Assembly: GCA_964187785.1 (NCBI GenBank)
Contig: OZ076409.1
Coordinates: 14,200,001 to 14,264,000, forward strand
DNA: 64,000 nt
Direction: 5' to 3'
Origin: Amphiscolops sp. MND2022
Taxonomy: Eukaryota
Under the pieces are notes generated by a model. The model made no database searches. It was not told where the DNA came from and saw only the letters and a list, made by a program, of their open reading frames with translations. The position numbers and the translations under genes are program-made. Shown piece after piece: positions 50,980 through 64,000 of this stretch (its first letter is position 1; every line of letters starts with the position of its first letter).

Positions 50980-51300
50980 CCCAACTCCCAGAGTACACAG
51001 TAGTCCCAACTCCAGGGTCACTATAGTCCAAACACCCAGAGTCACAATAGCCCAAGCTCACAGAGTCACAGTAGCCCAATCTCCCAGAGACACAGTAACC
51101 CAATCTCCCAGAGACACAGTAGCCCAATCTCTCAGAGACACAGTAGCCCAATCTCCCAGAGACACAAAATCCCAATCTCCCAGAGACACAGTAGCCCAAT
51201 CTCCAAGAGACACAGTAGCCCAATCTTCCAGAGACTTAGTAGCCCAATCTCCCAGAGACACAGTAGCCCAAAATCCCAGAGACACAAACTTAGAGACTCC
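50980..51300. repeat. 24-bp minisatellite in the BEL leader
   Basis: About 12-13 imperfect copies of cccaatctcccagagacacagtag. Confidence 0.9.
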
Positions 51301-51370
51301 AAGATCCAGTTCTTGGGCGATCTTCTCAGTTGTCCACCAACGAGTCGTCTTCGTCCTCGTCTTCTTCTTC

Positions 51371-51633
51371 TTGTCCGGGTCGTCCACCAACGAGTTGTCC
51401 GGGTCGGCGGACCAACGAGTTGTCCGGGTCGTCCACCAACGAGCTGTCCGGGTCGTCCACCAACGAGTTGTCCGGGTCGTCCACCAATGAGTTGTCCGGG
51501 TCGTCCACCAACGAGTTGTCCGGGTCGTCCACCAATGAGTTGTCCGGGTCGGCCACCAACGAGTTGTCCGGGTCGGCGGACCAACGAGTTGTCCGGGTCG
51601 TCCACCAACGAGTTGTCCGGGTCGGCGGACCAA
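51371..51633 (-). repeat. Tandem array of 11 PBS-containing 24-25-bp units
   Basis: TGGTCCGCCGACCCGGACAACTCGT x3, interleaved with TGGTGG(A/C)CGACCCGGACA variants x8. Confidence 0.9.
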
Positions 51634-52989
51634 ATGTAACGGCTGCTTGCCCTTATCCTGCGCTGAGGCTTGACAAGCTTTACGCCGCCCTGATCCGTTG
51701 CTTAGAGCTGTGGACCGTCACTAAGCAATTCCTGGTTTCTTGCTTTAAAGGACTGTATCTTTTGACTGGTGGGTCCGATGTGACCCGTGGAATCTCCTGC
51801 GATCCCTCTTTGCACTGAATTGGATCCGATGTGATCCTGCACACACTTCCCTCACTGTATCTTCACGCGCTCCGGCTCTCCAACTATGAGAGTAGCTACT
51901 TAGTCGCTCTGACTCTAGCGAAAAGTTGTGAAGATTGAGAAGTAGATTAATTAGTCTCGCGGTCCTGAGACCCAACTTGACTATAGCTATACAGTGGAGA
52001 AAATCTCTCTCTACTAAAGGTATACATATGGTTTACAATTCTACAGTAAATATAAGCAAATATCAGTTGAAATATGTTGTATAAATAAATGACATTTAAA
52101 GCATAAAATGAAGTTATTGGCTAAGTAAACAAAGAATGTGGTGGTTTTGGCATGTTGGTTAGGTGGGTTAGAAAGTATGTTTACACAATGTAAACATCAT
52201 TAATTGCAACAGAGTTACGTTTCCTTCAAGGTCATATGAGAAAATCACATAATAATTAATACATCAAATTTGGGTAATTCATGGGGTCCGACCTAGGTCA
52301 CTTTGGGTGTTAATTGCTCTGAACCCAGGGGCGATACGGGGTAGGTTGGTTCGAGTGAAAAGTTAGGGGAACACCACCACTATATGTGTGCCAAGTTTCA
52401 AGGTTGTTGAAAGAGTGGTTCGTCGGGACGGGGGGGGGTGGTGTTTTTTTGGGATGCACCATTTCTGATGAGACTTGTAATTTTCCAACTAAAATCTTGA
52501 CAAAATTTCTAAGAGATTTGAGTTATAAGTTTCATCAGTCACGTTCGAATTTGAGTTTCTGATCTCGCAATTGACTGGCGCCAACAATCCCTGAACGCTG
52601 CTGTCAATCATTCAAGTTGGCAACTTTTCGAAGGGAAGAACTTTCACACTTGAAAAGTTACAACGTGATGACGGGTAAAGACGTCTAGACTATTTCTGAT
52701 AGTTCGAACCATTCTTAGTGGAAGATGTGATTACGTAACAAGACCTCCATTCTAAATGACTGATAGAAAAATTTAAAACTTTGCAATACCTTATTTACAA
52801 ATAGTACGATTTCAAAGAGGCAAATTTTTGTTCGTTCCGTTTTTCATTCACCTATTAGGTGAACAAAAAACGAAACGCAAAAAATACTCTTTGAAATCGA
52901 TCGTAATAGTTGTAAACAAGATACTGATAATCTTTCTCTGTCAATTATCCTCTGGCAAACCTTACGAAATCTGAGTTCAGAGATGGTAT

Positions 52990-53370
52990 CGCTCGTAGAT
53001 ATGGATTTCATCCCTAAAAGATGCCACCTAAATGGGCATGCAACGAAGATTTCACTAACGCACACTAGACATAATGGAATCAGAGACATATTTGCTAAGC
53101 TTCTGATTGAAGTCAGCTACGATGTCGAAAGAGCCAAATCTTCAGACCTTACAAGACGAGTCTTTTAATGAAAACTCAACGACTACTGCAGATTAAGTGA
53201 GGTTAGATATCAGTGCGAATGGTCTTTGGGGAACGCGCTTCAGTAAGACCTATTTCGATGTCGAAGTTTTTAGTCCGCTGGCAAAAAGTTGCCTGAAAGG
53301 TCTGAAAGACTCGTTCAGCTATCACGAGCAATTAAAGAAGCTGAAGTACGAGGCGCGTATACTCGAAGAT
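52990..53370 (+). mobile_element. Fragment of a CRE/HERO-like non-LTR element (restriction-like endonuclease domain)
   Basis: TRHNGIRDIFAKLL..YDVE, RLDISANGLWG..TYFDV and HEQLKKLKYEARI. Confidence 0.7.
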
Positions 53371-53574
53371 TTCTAATTTCTTACAGTCCAGACTGTATAT
53401 GAAATATACAGATATCCCCATGATGTCCGGGCCTGTGTTGTTTGTCAAGGATTATAATGAAGCATTTTTTCGTATATCCATTTCTTTATACTAGCAAACC
53501 CGTCTGCCTACGGCAGAAATTAAAACCGTTGATCATAAAAACTTTCATTAGGTTTTTTTGTTTCATCTTTTTTG

Positions 53575-56500
53575 TCAGAAACTTTTACGAACTTTTTTAT
53601 TTTTTTCTCCGTTTGAAAACAGATTAGTTTTTCGAACCTTTTTAATTATCTCAGAATAAACAACATTGTCGACAAATTTCCGTCCACATTGGTCAAAAGA
53701 GTTGTTCGAATCACTCAACAAAATTTTCACTTCCTCGGCTTTTCCAACTCTCGACATCGCTACATACAACTGTCCATGACTGAACATTTGCGTGGGGAGA
53801 AAAATACCAACTCGTTTGAGAGTCTGGCCTTGCGATTTGTTAGCAGTAAACGCAAAAGCTGGTCGAATTGGAAATTGTTTGCGTTTGATAGTGAAAGGGA
53901 AAACGTTGTCAGACGGCGACATCACAATGCGAGGTATGAAAAGAGTCTTTCCTTTATGTGAGCCACAGTCAACAACTGCTTCAACAACATTCGCACTGGC
54001 TGACTTCACGACGTACCTTGTTCCATTACAGTGTCCTTGCGCTGAATCAAAATTACGTAGAAGCATAATTGGGGAGCCCGTTTTAATCTTCAATTCGTGT
54101 GGTGGAAACCCTGGTGGTTTTAGTCTGTTGAGAAACTCAGTCGGGTACCTTAAAAAGAAAAAAAAGTGAGGTTCAAAAATTGGCGAATGGTAGAAATAGT
54201 ATTAGGAGGTACTACCGATGAGCGCTTTCCTCGACACTATCGCAGCTTTTATACACCTTCGCATCACCTGGAAACCTTCGGCTCATGAATTCATTTACTT
54301 CGTCCACGGCGTCATTCGTTGGTGCAATTATTGCTCGGTTGGCTAGCCAATCATGTTCTGAAAAATTCTGATCTAAATTCTCGAAGACAAAATTGCAGAG
54401 GCCGTCTAGACTCTGGTCGGAGACGAAAAAAGTCTGTGGCAGTTCAACTTTGAAACATCCTTTATTTTTGTGTACAACCAAATCACCACTTCCAACACTT
54501 TCCAGAAACTTTGCAAAATCTTCTGAATCAGGTCCCAAAATTGCAACCCTCATGTTCTCAGTCAAACTCAACGACTTGATGTTTCTCCATAGAAACGAAT
54601 GTTTCAACGTTGCATCAACGATTTGTTCCCGGCTGCCATGCCGAACAACTGGCAGAATTTGTCGCCAATCTCCAACAAAGAGAACTGTGACACCGCCAAA
54701 AGGATTCTTATTTTTTCGTACGTCTTGCAGAGATCGATCAAGACATTCAAAAACATGTTTATGGCCCATTGACATTTCGTCTATCACTAAAAGACTCGCT
54801 TGAATCAGAAGTTGTCCAGTAGCATCTCGTCTTGTGAAAAAACAAACCGAATCTTCCTTGATAGTTAATGGCACTTTAAAACGGGAGTGAAGTGTTCGCC
54901 CCCCTTGGAGAAGTGTTGATGCAATTCCTGACAACGCAGTTGCTATCGCAATTCGTTTCGCAATCCTCACCTTGCAGAGTAGTAGATTTATCAAAAATGT
55001 TTTTCCTGTTCCGCCGCAAGCGTTCAAGCAAAACGTTTGGCCACTTTCATTCTCAACTGATTCAAGAACTGCTCGATAAACTTCTTGTTCTGAGTTCAAT
55101 TGCAATTCTTTCTCCTGAACTTCTTTTGCAAGCAGCTGAACGTTGTAATTTAGTTCCTCGAGCACCAAACGTGGCTTCGCATCCACACTAAATCCTTCTT
55201 CAGGTTCGGGTAGATTTAAATGAGTCTTCATACATATGTCTTCTCTCTCCAACCGTTCTTTGATGTAATGAAGTATTTCGTTTCTAATAAAAGGAGTGAC
55301 TGCGGTAGTTTTGTATCGATGCATAAAATCAATGGCCATAGTTTTTTCCCATCTCATCCAAAAATTTAGTGGATCTGCAGGCGTTGCATAAAGAAGAATT
55401 GTGCAAAACACCGCTCGCAACTCATTGCCGAATCTGATACTCGCAGACTCTTCCATAGCTTTGTCCGCTTCGGTATCGTCTTCTAACAGGCCTAGTTCTC
55501 TGCAAGCGTGCTGAAAGTTTTCACAAACTTTATTTCCAACGACCTTCAGCTTACTGAAATTTCTAGCTCCACGTATGTGATGCAACAACATGCGTAGATA
55601 ATACAATTCACACTGTCGACTGCTTAACGTTATTGTTGGAATTCGACCGAGCGTGTCAGATTTCAGCCTCCCATTCGCATATGACTTGCCTTGCTTCCTT
55701 TGGCGCCATATACGGTTTTTGTTATCCCACGTATAAAAGCATGGTATCTCGTTGTATAGCAGAGTTCGCGCGAAAGGGTCGTTGCAATTCAGTTCGAAAA
55801 AAGCCTCCAGTTTGGTTTTTTTTACGCCATTCGCAACTGCTTGTCTTGCTTCCCCTTCTCGGAAGAGAACAACATTTTCACCGGGCAAATGACAAGGCAA
55901 CTTTTCAATGGCTGGTTTTCGAGAATGGATTGGAAACTCATAAATTCTCCAGAAAGCTTCACTTGCTGATATATACCTGGCGTTCAGATACCGTTCTATT
56001 TCGTCTTTGTCGTTTTCTCCAGGCAGCGACTCGTTCCTCATATTAACCAAGATTCTGTCACTTCCCTTCAAAATGTATTTGTATAGATATTTCACTGCAG
56101 CAACTGAATTAACATTTTCACAATTGATATGCGCTTGGAATTTCTTCGTTAAATAGGGATTATATGGAACCACCCAAGAATTGTCAATTGTGATTGCATG
56201 ACTCCTCACGAATTCCAAAGCTTGACGGCCACCTTTTTGAGGACTTCGTCGTCGATATTCAGGAATGCCGTCCTCGCGAAAAAGTGTTTCATCCCTGAAG
56301 GCTTTCGGATAGCCTTTTGTGCACGTACGACCAGTTACAGATTCATTCATACAGGGTGAAAGAGGGTTGAGGCTTCCACACGGTCCGTGGACCATCGACT
56401 CAACAACAACTTCAAAGAGTTTGGGATTGACATTATGATCTGGCAGTTCAGCAGAAATCACTTTGTTGATGTCCAAATGTGAACGTGGTTTGGATTCGTG

Positions 56501-58523
56501 TTCCATTATCAGCAGGATGTGAACATGAGTTAGTCCGCGCTTTTGCCACTCGATTGTTGCTGAATGAGCAAGCACACTGCCAAGGACATCTTTTTTGAGA
56601 ATATCATCCATCAAGGCATCGAACTTTGCTTTGAAAACCCGAGCACACAAGTCTGGTCGGTCTCGGGGTTCTTCACCAGGGTTGAGAAGACTTCGTATTT
56701 CGGACCAGTTGGGGTTAGTGGTGAAAGTAATGAAATAGTCCGGTTTTCCGTAGTGCCGCACAATGCACATACTATTTTGAAACTGCTCATTGTAAAAACG
56801 CGGTGAGCCATAAATTGATGGAGGTAAGATAATTTTCCGACCAGCGTTGTTCTCATCTCCAGCTTCTATAGCGTCGAGTAAGCCCTGATATTTTTCAGCT
56901 CTAATTGTGCTTTGATGTTGCTTTGCCCACGTTAAACGGCTACCTTCAATTTTAGCCCAGCTATCCACTGCATACTGTTGCATAAGCCGACGACTACTCA
57001 TGATAAGTGTGCTCTCTGGACTTCTGACTTGCAATCTAAAAGAATAATAGTCACTGGGGCTTAAGGTGCGGTTATTTTGTTGTTTCAGACCCACCTCGTA
57101 GCCGTCATCCCCATAGGGAAATAGGATAACATAAAACAAAGGATCGTAGGACCTATGAACAGGGTTGATTCGTTTTAAGCCCCCACCGCGGCAGTGAATA
57201 ATCACATCAAGGTTGTTTCTAATTCGAAGCCCGGAACTATCGCTGCTACTTCGGAGTCTGTAGGTAGATTGTATTGCCTGCAATGGGCGTCTTTGGGTTT
57301 TCGATTTCGATTTGCAGTTAACAAAAGGTCAAACGTTGCATCCGAATTCAATTCAACTGCCGCTTTGAAACTGCGAACATAACTATTGCATTCATGGAGA
57401 CACTTAAGCAATTGCGATATAATCACTTCATCTAAGTTCTGCATTCTTTTTACGCGGTTTTCTAACTCATAGTCGGTGTCGTAGAAATAGAGTTGTCCAA
57501 ACTTCGGATCGTTGCCATTGTCTGGTAGAAGGGACCCAATACGATGATATAGTTTTCCTTGAATTTTGAAGGTCGATCGGTAGCCAGATATTCCGTCTTG
57601 CGGTTCTTGGCATCCGAGAGATGCCAATGCCATGAGGTTATTATAACCAACAATGTTCTTCAGGAAAGAAGTGTTAGAATAAAGGTTTGATATGACTGCT
57701 GGAGGTTTTTTCGTTTCTGCTAATTGAACATTTCCTCGGCGACAACAAAAACTTTCCTGTTCAGTCGAGTATCTCAAAGCACTACAAAACTTGCAGCAAT
57801 TAGAAGCAGTACCCAAGTCATGCAAAGGAATTGAGAGCTCCTCAAAAGATTCTACGTCTACACTGCATGCTATTTTGGCAGTTTTGGATCGTATATATGC
57901 CGCCTTGGAAGAACGTGATTGACGTCGTTTCGTGGAATGATCCTGTATTTGCTCGAAAGTAAGCGAGGAATATCGTACTTTCTTTTGCTCACGGTTTCGG
58001 CGTTGTCTGGTGTTTCTCTGTTCCGAATTGTCTGCCTCTCGTTTGAGTCGTTTTTCCAGTCGCTCTTTGTTTTTTCTGATTTCTTCATTCACACGTGCAT
58101 TGGCAAGAATTGCTGCAACAGAACTTGGCGACATCGGGTTTGTGCCTAAGAAAAGAGCTGAAACGTTGAAGGATTGTTTGTTAATGGTGAATTAAAAAAT
58201 ACGACGGATAGATTACCTTCGTTCAAAATAGTCTTTCTATTGATATGGCTGGGGTCGTCTTGATTGTCATAGGGCAAAGTTGAAACAGTCCAATCATTGT
58301 CGTCGTTCCTCTGCTCGTCAATCAAAACACACGGCGTTTGGTCATATGGTAAAGTGGACAGTTCATCATCGGGTGTTTCGCACACAGTTGAATCCAAAGC
58401 AGCTATTAACAATCCATTTGTTGAGCGACTTCTGTCGTCTAACCTTCCTGTTTGTAAAACACTTCTATCGGGACTGTCGTAAGGAACCGTGGACAAATTA
58501 TTGTCACTTGCTGAATCGTTCAT
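53575..58523 (-). CDS. Helitron Rep/Pif1 helicase, 3 exons, one frameshift near 57225
   Basis: FITFTTNP, EWQKRGLTHVHIL and KYLYKY (HUH Rep); GGTGKT, IDE, GDWRQILPV, KSQGQT and GQLYVAMSRV. In-phase GT-AG introns 58146-58216 and 54149-54215. Confidence 0.93.
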
Positions 58524-58699
58524 CGGGAACTACATACTCTGAAACAAACCATTTTCTTTTCAACTTAGAAACGTTATTTTAAATTTATCCTGGTTTTGTG
58601 TGAACGACTTTGCAATATTCTTTCAACATATTAGTTGCCACAAAACTGGTTAACACATATTGGTCCTCTTGATCTGACCATTTCTTTGATGTCAAAGAT

Positions 58700-61600
58700 G
58701 TTCGAAGTATTCAGGAAAATGTCTTTGAATGATCTCTGATTTCGAAGATGTCCCTAGAGTCCTTGAAATATTGTTGATCTCGGAGATCTCCCGGATGTCC
58801 AAGAATGATCTTTCATCTCGACTGTGCAAGAAAGATGTTTGGTCTCATCTTTAGAAGATTGTTGAATGGCTGTTGAACCGGAAGATTTTCTGAAGATCCT
58901 TGAATAACACTTTATCTCGAAGATCTATCGAAGATCTTTGAATGATCTTTGATCTCGCAGATCTATCGAAGATCCTTGATTGACCTTTGATCTCGAAGAT
59001 CAATCGAAGATCCTTGAAAGATCTTTGATCTCGAAGATCCTTGATTGATCTGTGATCTCGAAGATCTATCGATTATCTTTGAATGATCCGTGATCTCGAA
59101 GATCTATCGAAGATCCTCGAATGATCTTTGATCTCGAAGATCTTTCGAAGATCCTTGTTTGATCTTTGATCTCGAAAATCAATCGAAGGTCCTTAAATGA
59201 TCTTTAATCTCGAAGATCTTCTGAAGATCCTTGAATGATCTCTGATCTCGAAGATATGTCGAAGATCCTTGAATGATCCGTGATCTCGAAGATCTATCGA
59301 AGATCCTCGAATGATATTTGATCTCGAAGATCTTTCGAAGATCCTTGATTGATCTTTGATCTCGAAGATCAATCGAATATCCTTGAATGATCTTGGATCT
59401 CGAAGATCTTTCGAAGATCCTTCATTGACCTTTGATCTCGAAGATCAATCGAAGATCCTTGAAAGATCTTTGATCTCGAAGATCCTTGATTGATCTGTGA
59501 TCTCGAAGATCTATCGATTATCTTTGAATGATCCGTGATCTCGAAGATCTATCGAAGATCCTTGAATGATCTTTAATCTCGAAGATCCTTGAATGATCTC
59601 TGATCTCGAAGATATGTCGAAGATCCTTGAATGATCCGTGATCTCGAAGATCTATCGAAGATCCTTGAATGATCTCTGATCTCGAAGATATGTCGAAGAT
59701 CCTTGAATGATCTGTGATCTCGAAGATCTATCGATTATCTTTGAATGATCCGTGATCTCGAAGATCTATCGAAGATCCTTGAATGATCTTTAATCTCGAA
59801 GATCTTTCGAAGATCCTTGATTGATCTTTGATCTCGAAGATCAATCGAATATCCTTGAATGATCTTGGATCTCGAAGATCTTTCGAAGATCCTTGATTGA
59901 CCTTTGATCTCGAAGATCAATCGAAGATGCTTGAAAGATCTTTGATCTCGAAGATCCTTGATTGATCTTTGATCTCGAAGATCAATCGAAGATCCTTGTA
60001 TGAACTCTGATCTCGAAGATCTTTCGGAGATCCTTGATTGATCTTTGATCTCGAAGATCAATCGAAGATCCTTGAATGATCTTTAATCTCAAAGACCTTC
60101 TGAAGATCCTTGAATGATCTTTGATCTCGAATATCTTTCGAGGATCCTTGATTGATATTTGATCTCGAAGATCAATCGAAGATCCTTGTATGAACTCTGA
60201 TCTCGAAGATCTTTCGGAGATCCTTGATTGATCTTTGATCTCGAAGATCAATCGAAGGTCCTTGAATGATCTTTAATCTCAAAGACCTTCTGAAGATCCT
60301 TGAATGATCTGTGATCTCGAAGATCTATCGAAGATCCTTGAATGATCTCTGATCTCGAAGATATGTCGAAGATCCTTGAATGATCCGTGATCTCGAAGAT
60401 CTATCGAAGATCCTCGAATGATCTTTGATCTCGAAGATCTTTCGAAGATCCTTGATTGATCTTTGATCTCGAAGATCAATCGAATATCCTTGAATGATCT
60501 TTGATCTCGAAGATCCTTGAATGATCTGTGATCTCGAAGATCTATCGATTATCTTTGAATGATCCGTGATCTCGAAGATCTATCGAAGATCCTTGAATGA
60601 TCTTTGATCTCGAAGATCTTTCGAAGATCCTTGTTTGATCTTTGATCTCGAAAATCAATCGAAGGTCCTTGAATGATCTTTAATCTCGAAGATCTTCTGA
60701 AGATCCTTGAATGATCTGTGATCTCGAAGATCTATCGAAGATCCTTGAATGATCTTTAATCTCGAAGATCTATCGAAGATCCTTGAATGATCTCTGATCT
60801 CGAAGATATGTCGAAGATCCTTGAGTGATCCGTGATCTCGAAGATCTATCGAAGATCCTCGAATGATCTTTGATCTCGAAGATCTTTCGAAGATCCTTGA
60901 TTGATCTTTGATCTCGAAGATCAATCGAATTTCCTTGAATGATCTTGGATCTCGAAGATCTTTCGAAGATCCTTGATTGACCTTTGATCTCGAAGATCCT
61001 TGAAAGATCTTTGATCTCGAAGATCCTTGATTGATCTGTGATCTCGAAGATCTATCGATTATCTTTGAATGATCCGTGATCTCGAAGATCTATCGAAGAT
61101 CCTTGAATGATCTTTAATCTCGAAGATCCTTGAATGATCTCTGATCTCGAAGATATGTCGAAGATCCTTGAATGATCCGTGATCTCGAAGATCTATCGAA
61201 GATCCTTGAATGATCTCTGATCTCGAAGATATGTCGAAGATCCTTGAATGATCTGTGATCTCGAAGATCTATCGATTATCTTTGAATGATCCGTGATCTC
61301 GAAGATCTATCGAAGATCCTTGAATGATCTTTAATCTCGAAGATCTTTCGAAGATCCTTGATTGATCTTTGATCTCGAAGATCAATCGAATATCCTTGAA
61401 TGATCTTGGATCTCGAAGATCTTTCGAAGATCCTTGATTGACCTTTGATCTCGAAGATCAATCGAAGATGCTTGAAAGATCTTTGATCTCGAAGATCCTT
61501 GATTGATCTTTGATCTCGAAGATCAATCGAAGATCCTTGTATGAACTCTGATCTCGAAGATCTTTCGGAGATCCTTGATTGATCTTTGATCTCGAAGATC

Positions 61601-64000
61601 AACCGAATATCCTTGAATGATCTTTGATCTCGAAGATCTTTCGAAGATCCTTGATTGATCTTTGATCTCGAATATCTTTCGAGGATCCTTGATTGATATT
61701 TGATCTCGAAGATCAATCGAAGATCCTTGTATGAACTCTGATCTCGAAGATCTTTCGGAGATCCTTGATTGATCTTTGATCTCGAAGATCAATCGAAGGT
61801 CCTTGAATGATCTTTAATCTCAAAGACCTTCTGAAGATCCTTGAATGATCTGTGATCTCGAAGATCTATCGAAGATCCTTGAATGATCTCTGATCTCGAA
61901 GATATGTCGAAGATCCTTGAATGATCCGTGATCTCGAAGATCTATCGAAGATCCTCGAATGATCTTTGATCTCGAAGATCTTTCGAAGATCCTTGATTGA
62001 TCTTTGATCTCGAAGATCAATCGAATATCCTTGAATGATCTTTGATCTCGAAGATCCTTGAATGATCTGTGATCTCGAAGATCTATCGATTATCTTTGAA
62101 TGATCCGTGATCTCGAAGATCTATCGAAGATCCTTGAATGATCTTTGATCTCGAAGATCTTTCGAAGATCCTTGTTTGATCTTTGATCTCGAAAATCAAT
62201 CGAAGGTCCTTGAATGATCTTTAATCTCGAAGATCTTCTGAAGATCCTTGAATGATCTGTGATCTCGAAGATCTATCGAAGATCCTTGAATGATCTTTAA
62301 TCTCGAAGATCTATCGAAGATCCTTGAATGATCTCTGATCTCGAAGATATGTCGAAGATCCTTGAGTGATCCGTGATCTCGAAGATCTATCGAAGATCCT
62401 CGAATGATCTTTGATCTCGAAGATCTTTCGAAGATCCTTGATTGATCTTTGATCTCGAAGATCAATCGAATTTCCTTGAATGATCTTGGATCTCGAAGAT
62501 CTTTCGAAGATCCTTGATTGACCTTTGATCTCGAAGATCCTTGAAAGATCTTTGATCTCGAAGATCCTTGATTGATCTGTGATCTCGAAGATCTATCGAT
62601 TATCTTTGAATGATCCGTGATCTCGAAGATCTATCGAAGATCCTTGAATGATCTTTAATCTCGAAGATCCTTGAATGATCTCTGATCTCGAAGATATGTC
62701 GAAGATCCTTGAATGATCCGTGATCTCGAAGATCTATCGAAGATCCTTGAATGATCTCTGATCTCGAAGATATGTCGAAGATCCTTGAATGATCTGTGAT
62801 CTCGAAGATCTATCGATTATCTTTGAATGATCCGTGATCTCGAAGATCTATCGAAGATCCTTGAATGATCTTTAATCTCGAAGATCTTTCGAAGATCCTT
62901 GATTGATCTTTGATCTCGAAGATCAATCGAATATCCTTGAATGATCTTGGATCTCGAAGATCTTTCGAAGATCCTTGATTGACCTTTGATCTCGAAGATC
63001 AATCGAAGATGCTTGAAAGATCTTTGATCTCGAAGATCCTTGATTGATCTTTGATCTCGAAGATCAATCGAAGATCCTTGTATGAACTCTGATCTCGAAG
63101 ATCTTTCGGAGATCCTTGATTGATCTTTGATCTCGAAGATCAATCGAAGATCCTTGAATGATCTTTAATCTCAAAGACCTTCTGAAGATCCTTGAATGAT
63201 CTTTGATCTCGAATATCTTTCGAGGATCCTTGATTGATATTTGATCTCGAAGATCAATCGAAGATCCTTGTATGAACTCTGATCTCGAAGATCTTTCGGA
63301 GATCCTTGATTGATCTTTGATCTCGAAGATCAATCGAAGGTCCTTGAATGATCTTTAATCTCAAAGACCTTCTGAAGATCCTTGAATGATCTGTGATCTC
63401 GAAGATCTATCGAAGATCCTTGAATGATCTCTGATCTCGAAGATATGTCGAAGATCCTTCAATGATCCGTGATCTCGAAGATCTATCGAAGATCCTCGAA
63501 TGATCTTTGATCTCGAAGATCTTTCGAAGATCCTTGATTGATCTTTGATCTCGAAGATCAATCGAATATCCTTGAATGATCTTTGATCTCGAAGATCCTT
63601 GAATGATCTGTGATCTCGAAGATCTATCGATTATCTTTGAATGATCCGTGATCTCGAAGATCTATCGAAGATCCTTGAATGATCTTTGATCTCGAAGATC
63701 TTTCGAAGATCCTTGTTTGATCTTTGATCTCGAAAATCAATCGAAGGTCCTTGAATGATCTTTAATCTCGAAGATCTTCTGAAGATCCTTGAATGATCTG
63801 TGATCTCGAAGATCTATCGAAGATCCTTGAATGATCTTTAATCTCGAAGATCTATCGAAGATCCTTGAATGATCTCTGATCTCGAAGATATGTCGAAGAT
63901 CCTTGAGTGATCCGTGATCTCGAAGATCTATCGAAGATCCTCGAATGATCTTTGATCTCGAAGATCTTTCGAAGATCCTTGATTGATCTTTGATCTCGAA
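58700..64000. repeat. GATC-rich satellite, 38-bp monomer (27-bp variants), 1541-bp higher-order repeat
   Basis: Consensus gatctcgaagatctatcgaagatccttgaatgatcttt. Spurious ORFs recur at 59735/61276/62817 and 60279/61820/63361. Confidence 0.95.

Larger units (their letters stand above)
47058..52586 (-). mobile_element. Young non-autonomous BEL/Pao LTR element
   Basis: LTRs 47058-48010 and 51635-52586 (TG..CA; 3 substitutions and 1 indel seen); 5-bp TSD ATCCC; PBS TGGTCCGCCGACCCGGA. Confidence 0.95.
53491..64000 (-). mobile_element. Helitron; 5' end not located, probably beyond the satellite
   Basis: Rep-helicase gene; 3' terminus hairpin TCTGCC-GTA-GGCAGA (53503-53517) followed by CTAG|T at 53491. 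Confidence 0.85.

Noticed and set aside
50980..51633. CRISPR-like appearance of the short regular repeats
   Set aside because: Units are head-to-tail with no unique spacers, there are no cas genes, and they lie in an LTR-element leader.
59735..63561. Repeated MIFEIKDQSR ORFs
   Set aside because: Translation artefacts of the 38-bp satellite.

Overview
Eukaryotic, probably invertebrate, heterochromatin-like DNA made almost entirely of nested transposable elements; no intact host gene is seen. In order: (1) a degenerate minus-strand Gypsy-type element (1-13175) with a long gag-pol and an env-like ORF resembling class III (chuvirus G / herpes gB-like) fusogens; (2) a truncated plus-strand Gypsy (13214-17745) with a tRNA-Asn-like PBS and a macrodomain-like segment after RNase H; (3) a circularly permuted Gypsy (19940-33677) inside a ~1.4-kb direct duplication, carrying a spliced antisense BED-finger/hAT-like gene and a sense acidic SIM-motif gene; (4) a CRE-like LINE fragment; (5) a four-level nest, MITE > old BEL/Pao with an SGNH-hydrolase-like ORF > three MITEs > hAT, resolved mainly from target-site duplications; (6) a young non-autonomous BEL/Pao (47058-52586) with a tandemly amplified PBS; (7) a Helitron with a spliced Rep-helicase whose 5' region runs into a GATC-rich 38-bp satellite with a 1541-bp higher-order period. 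All family and domain calls come from motif recognition by eye, not database searches.
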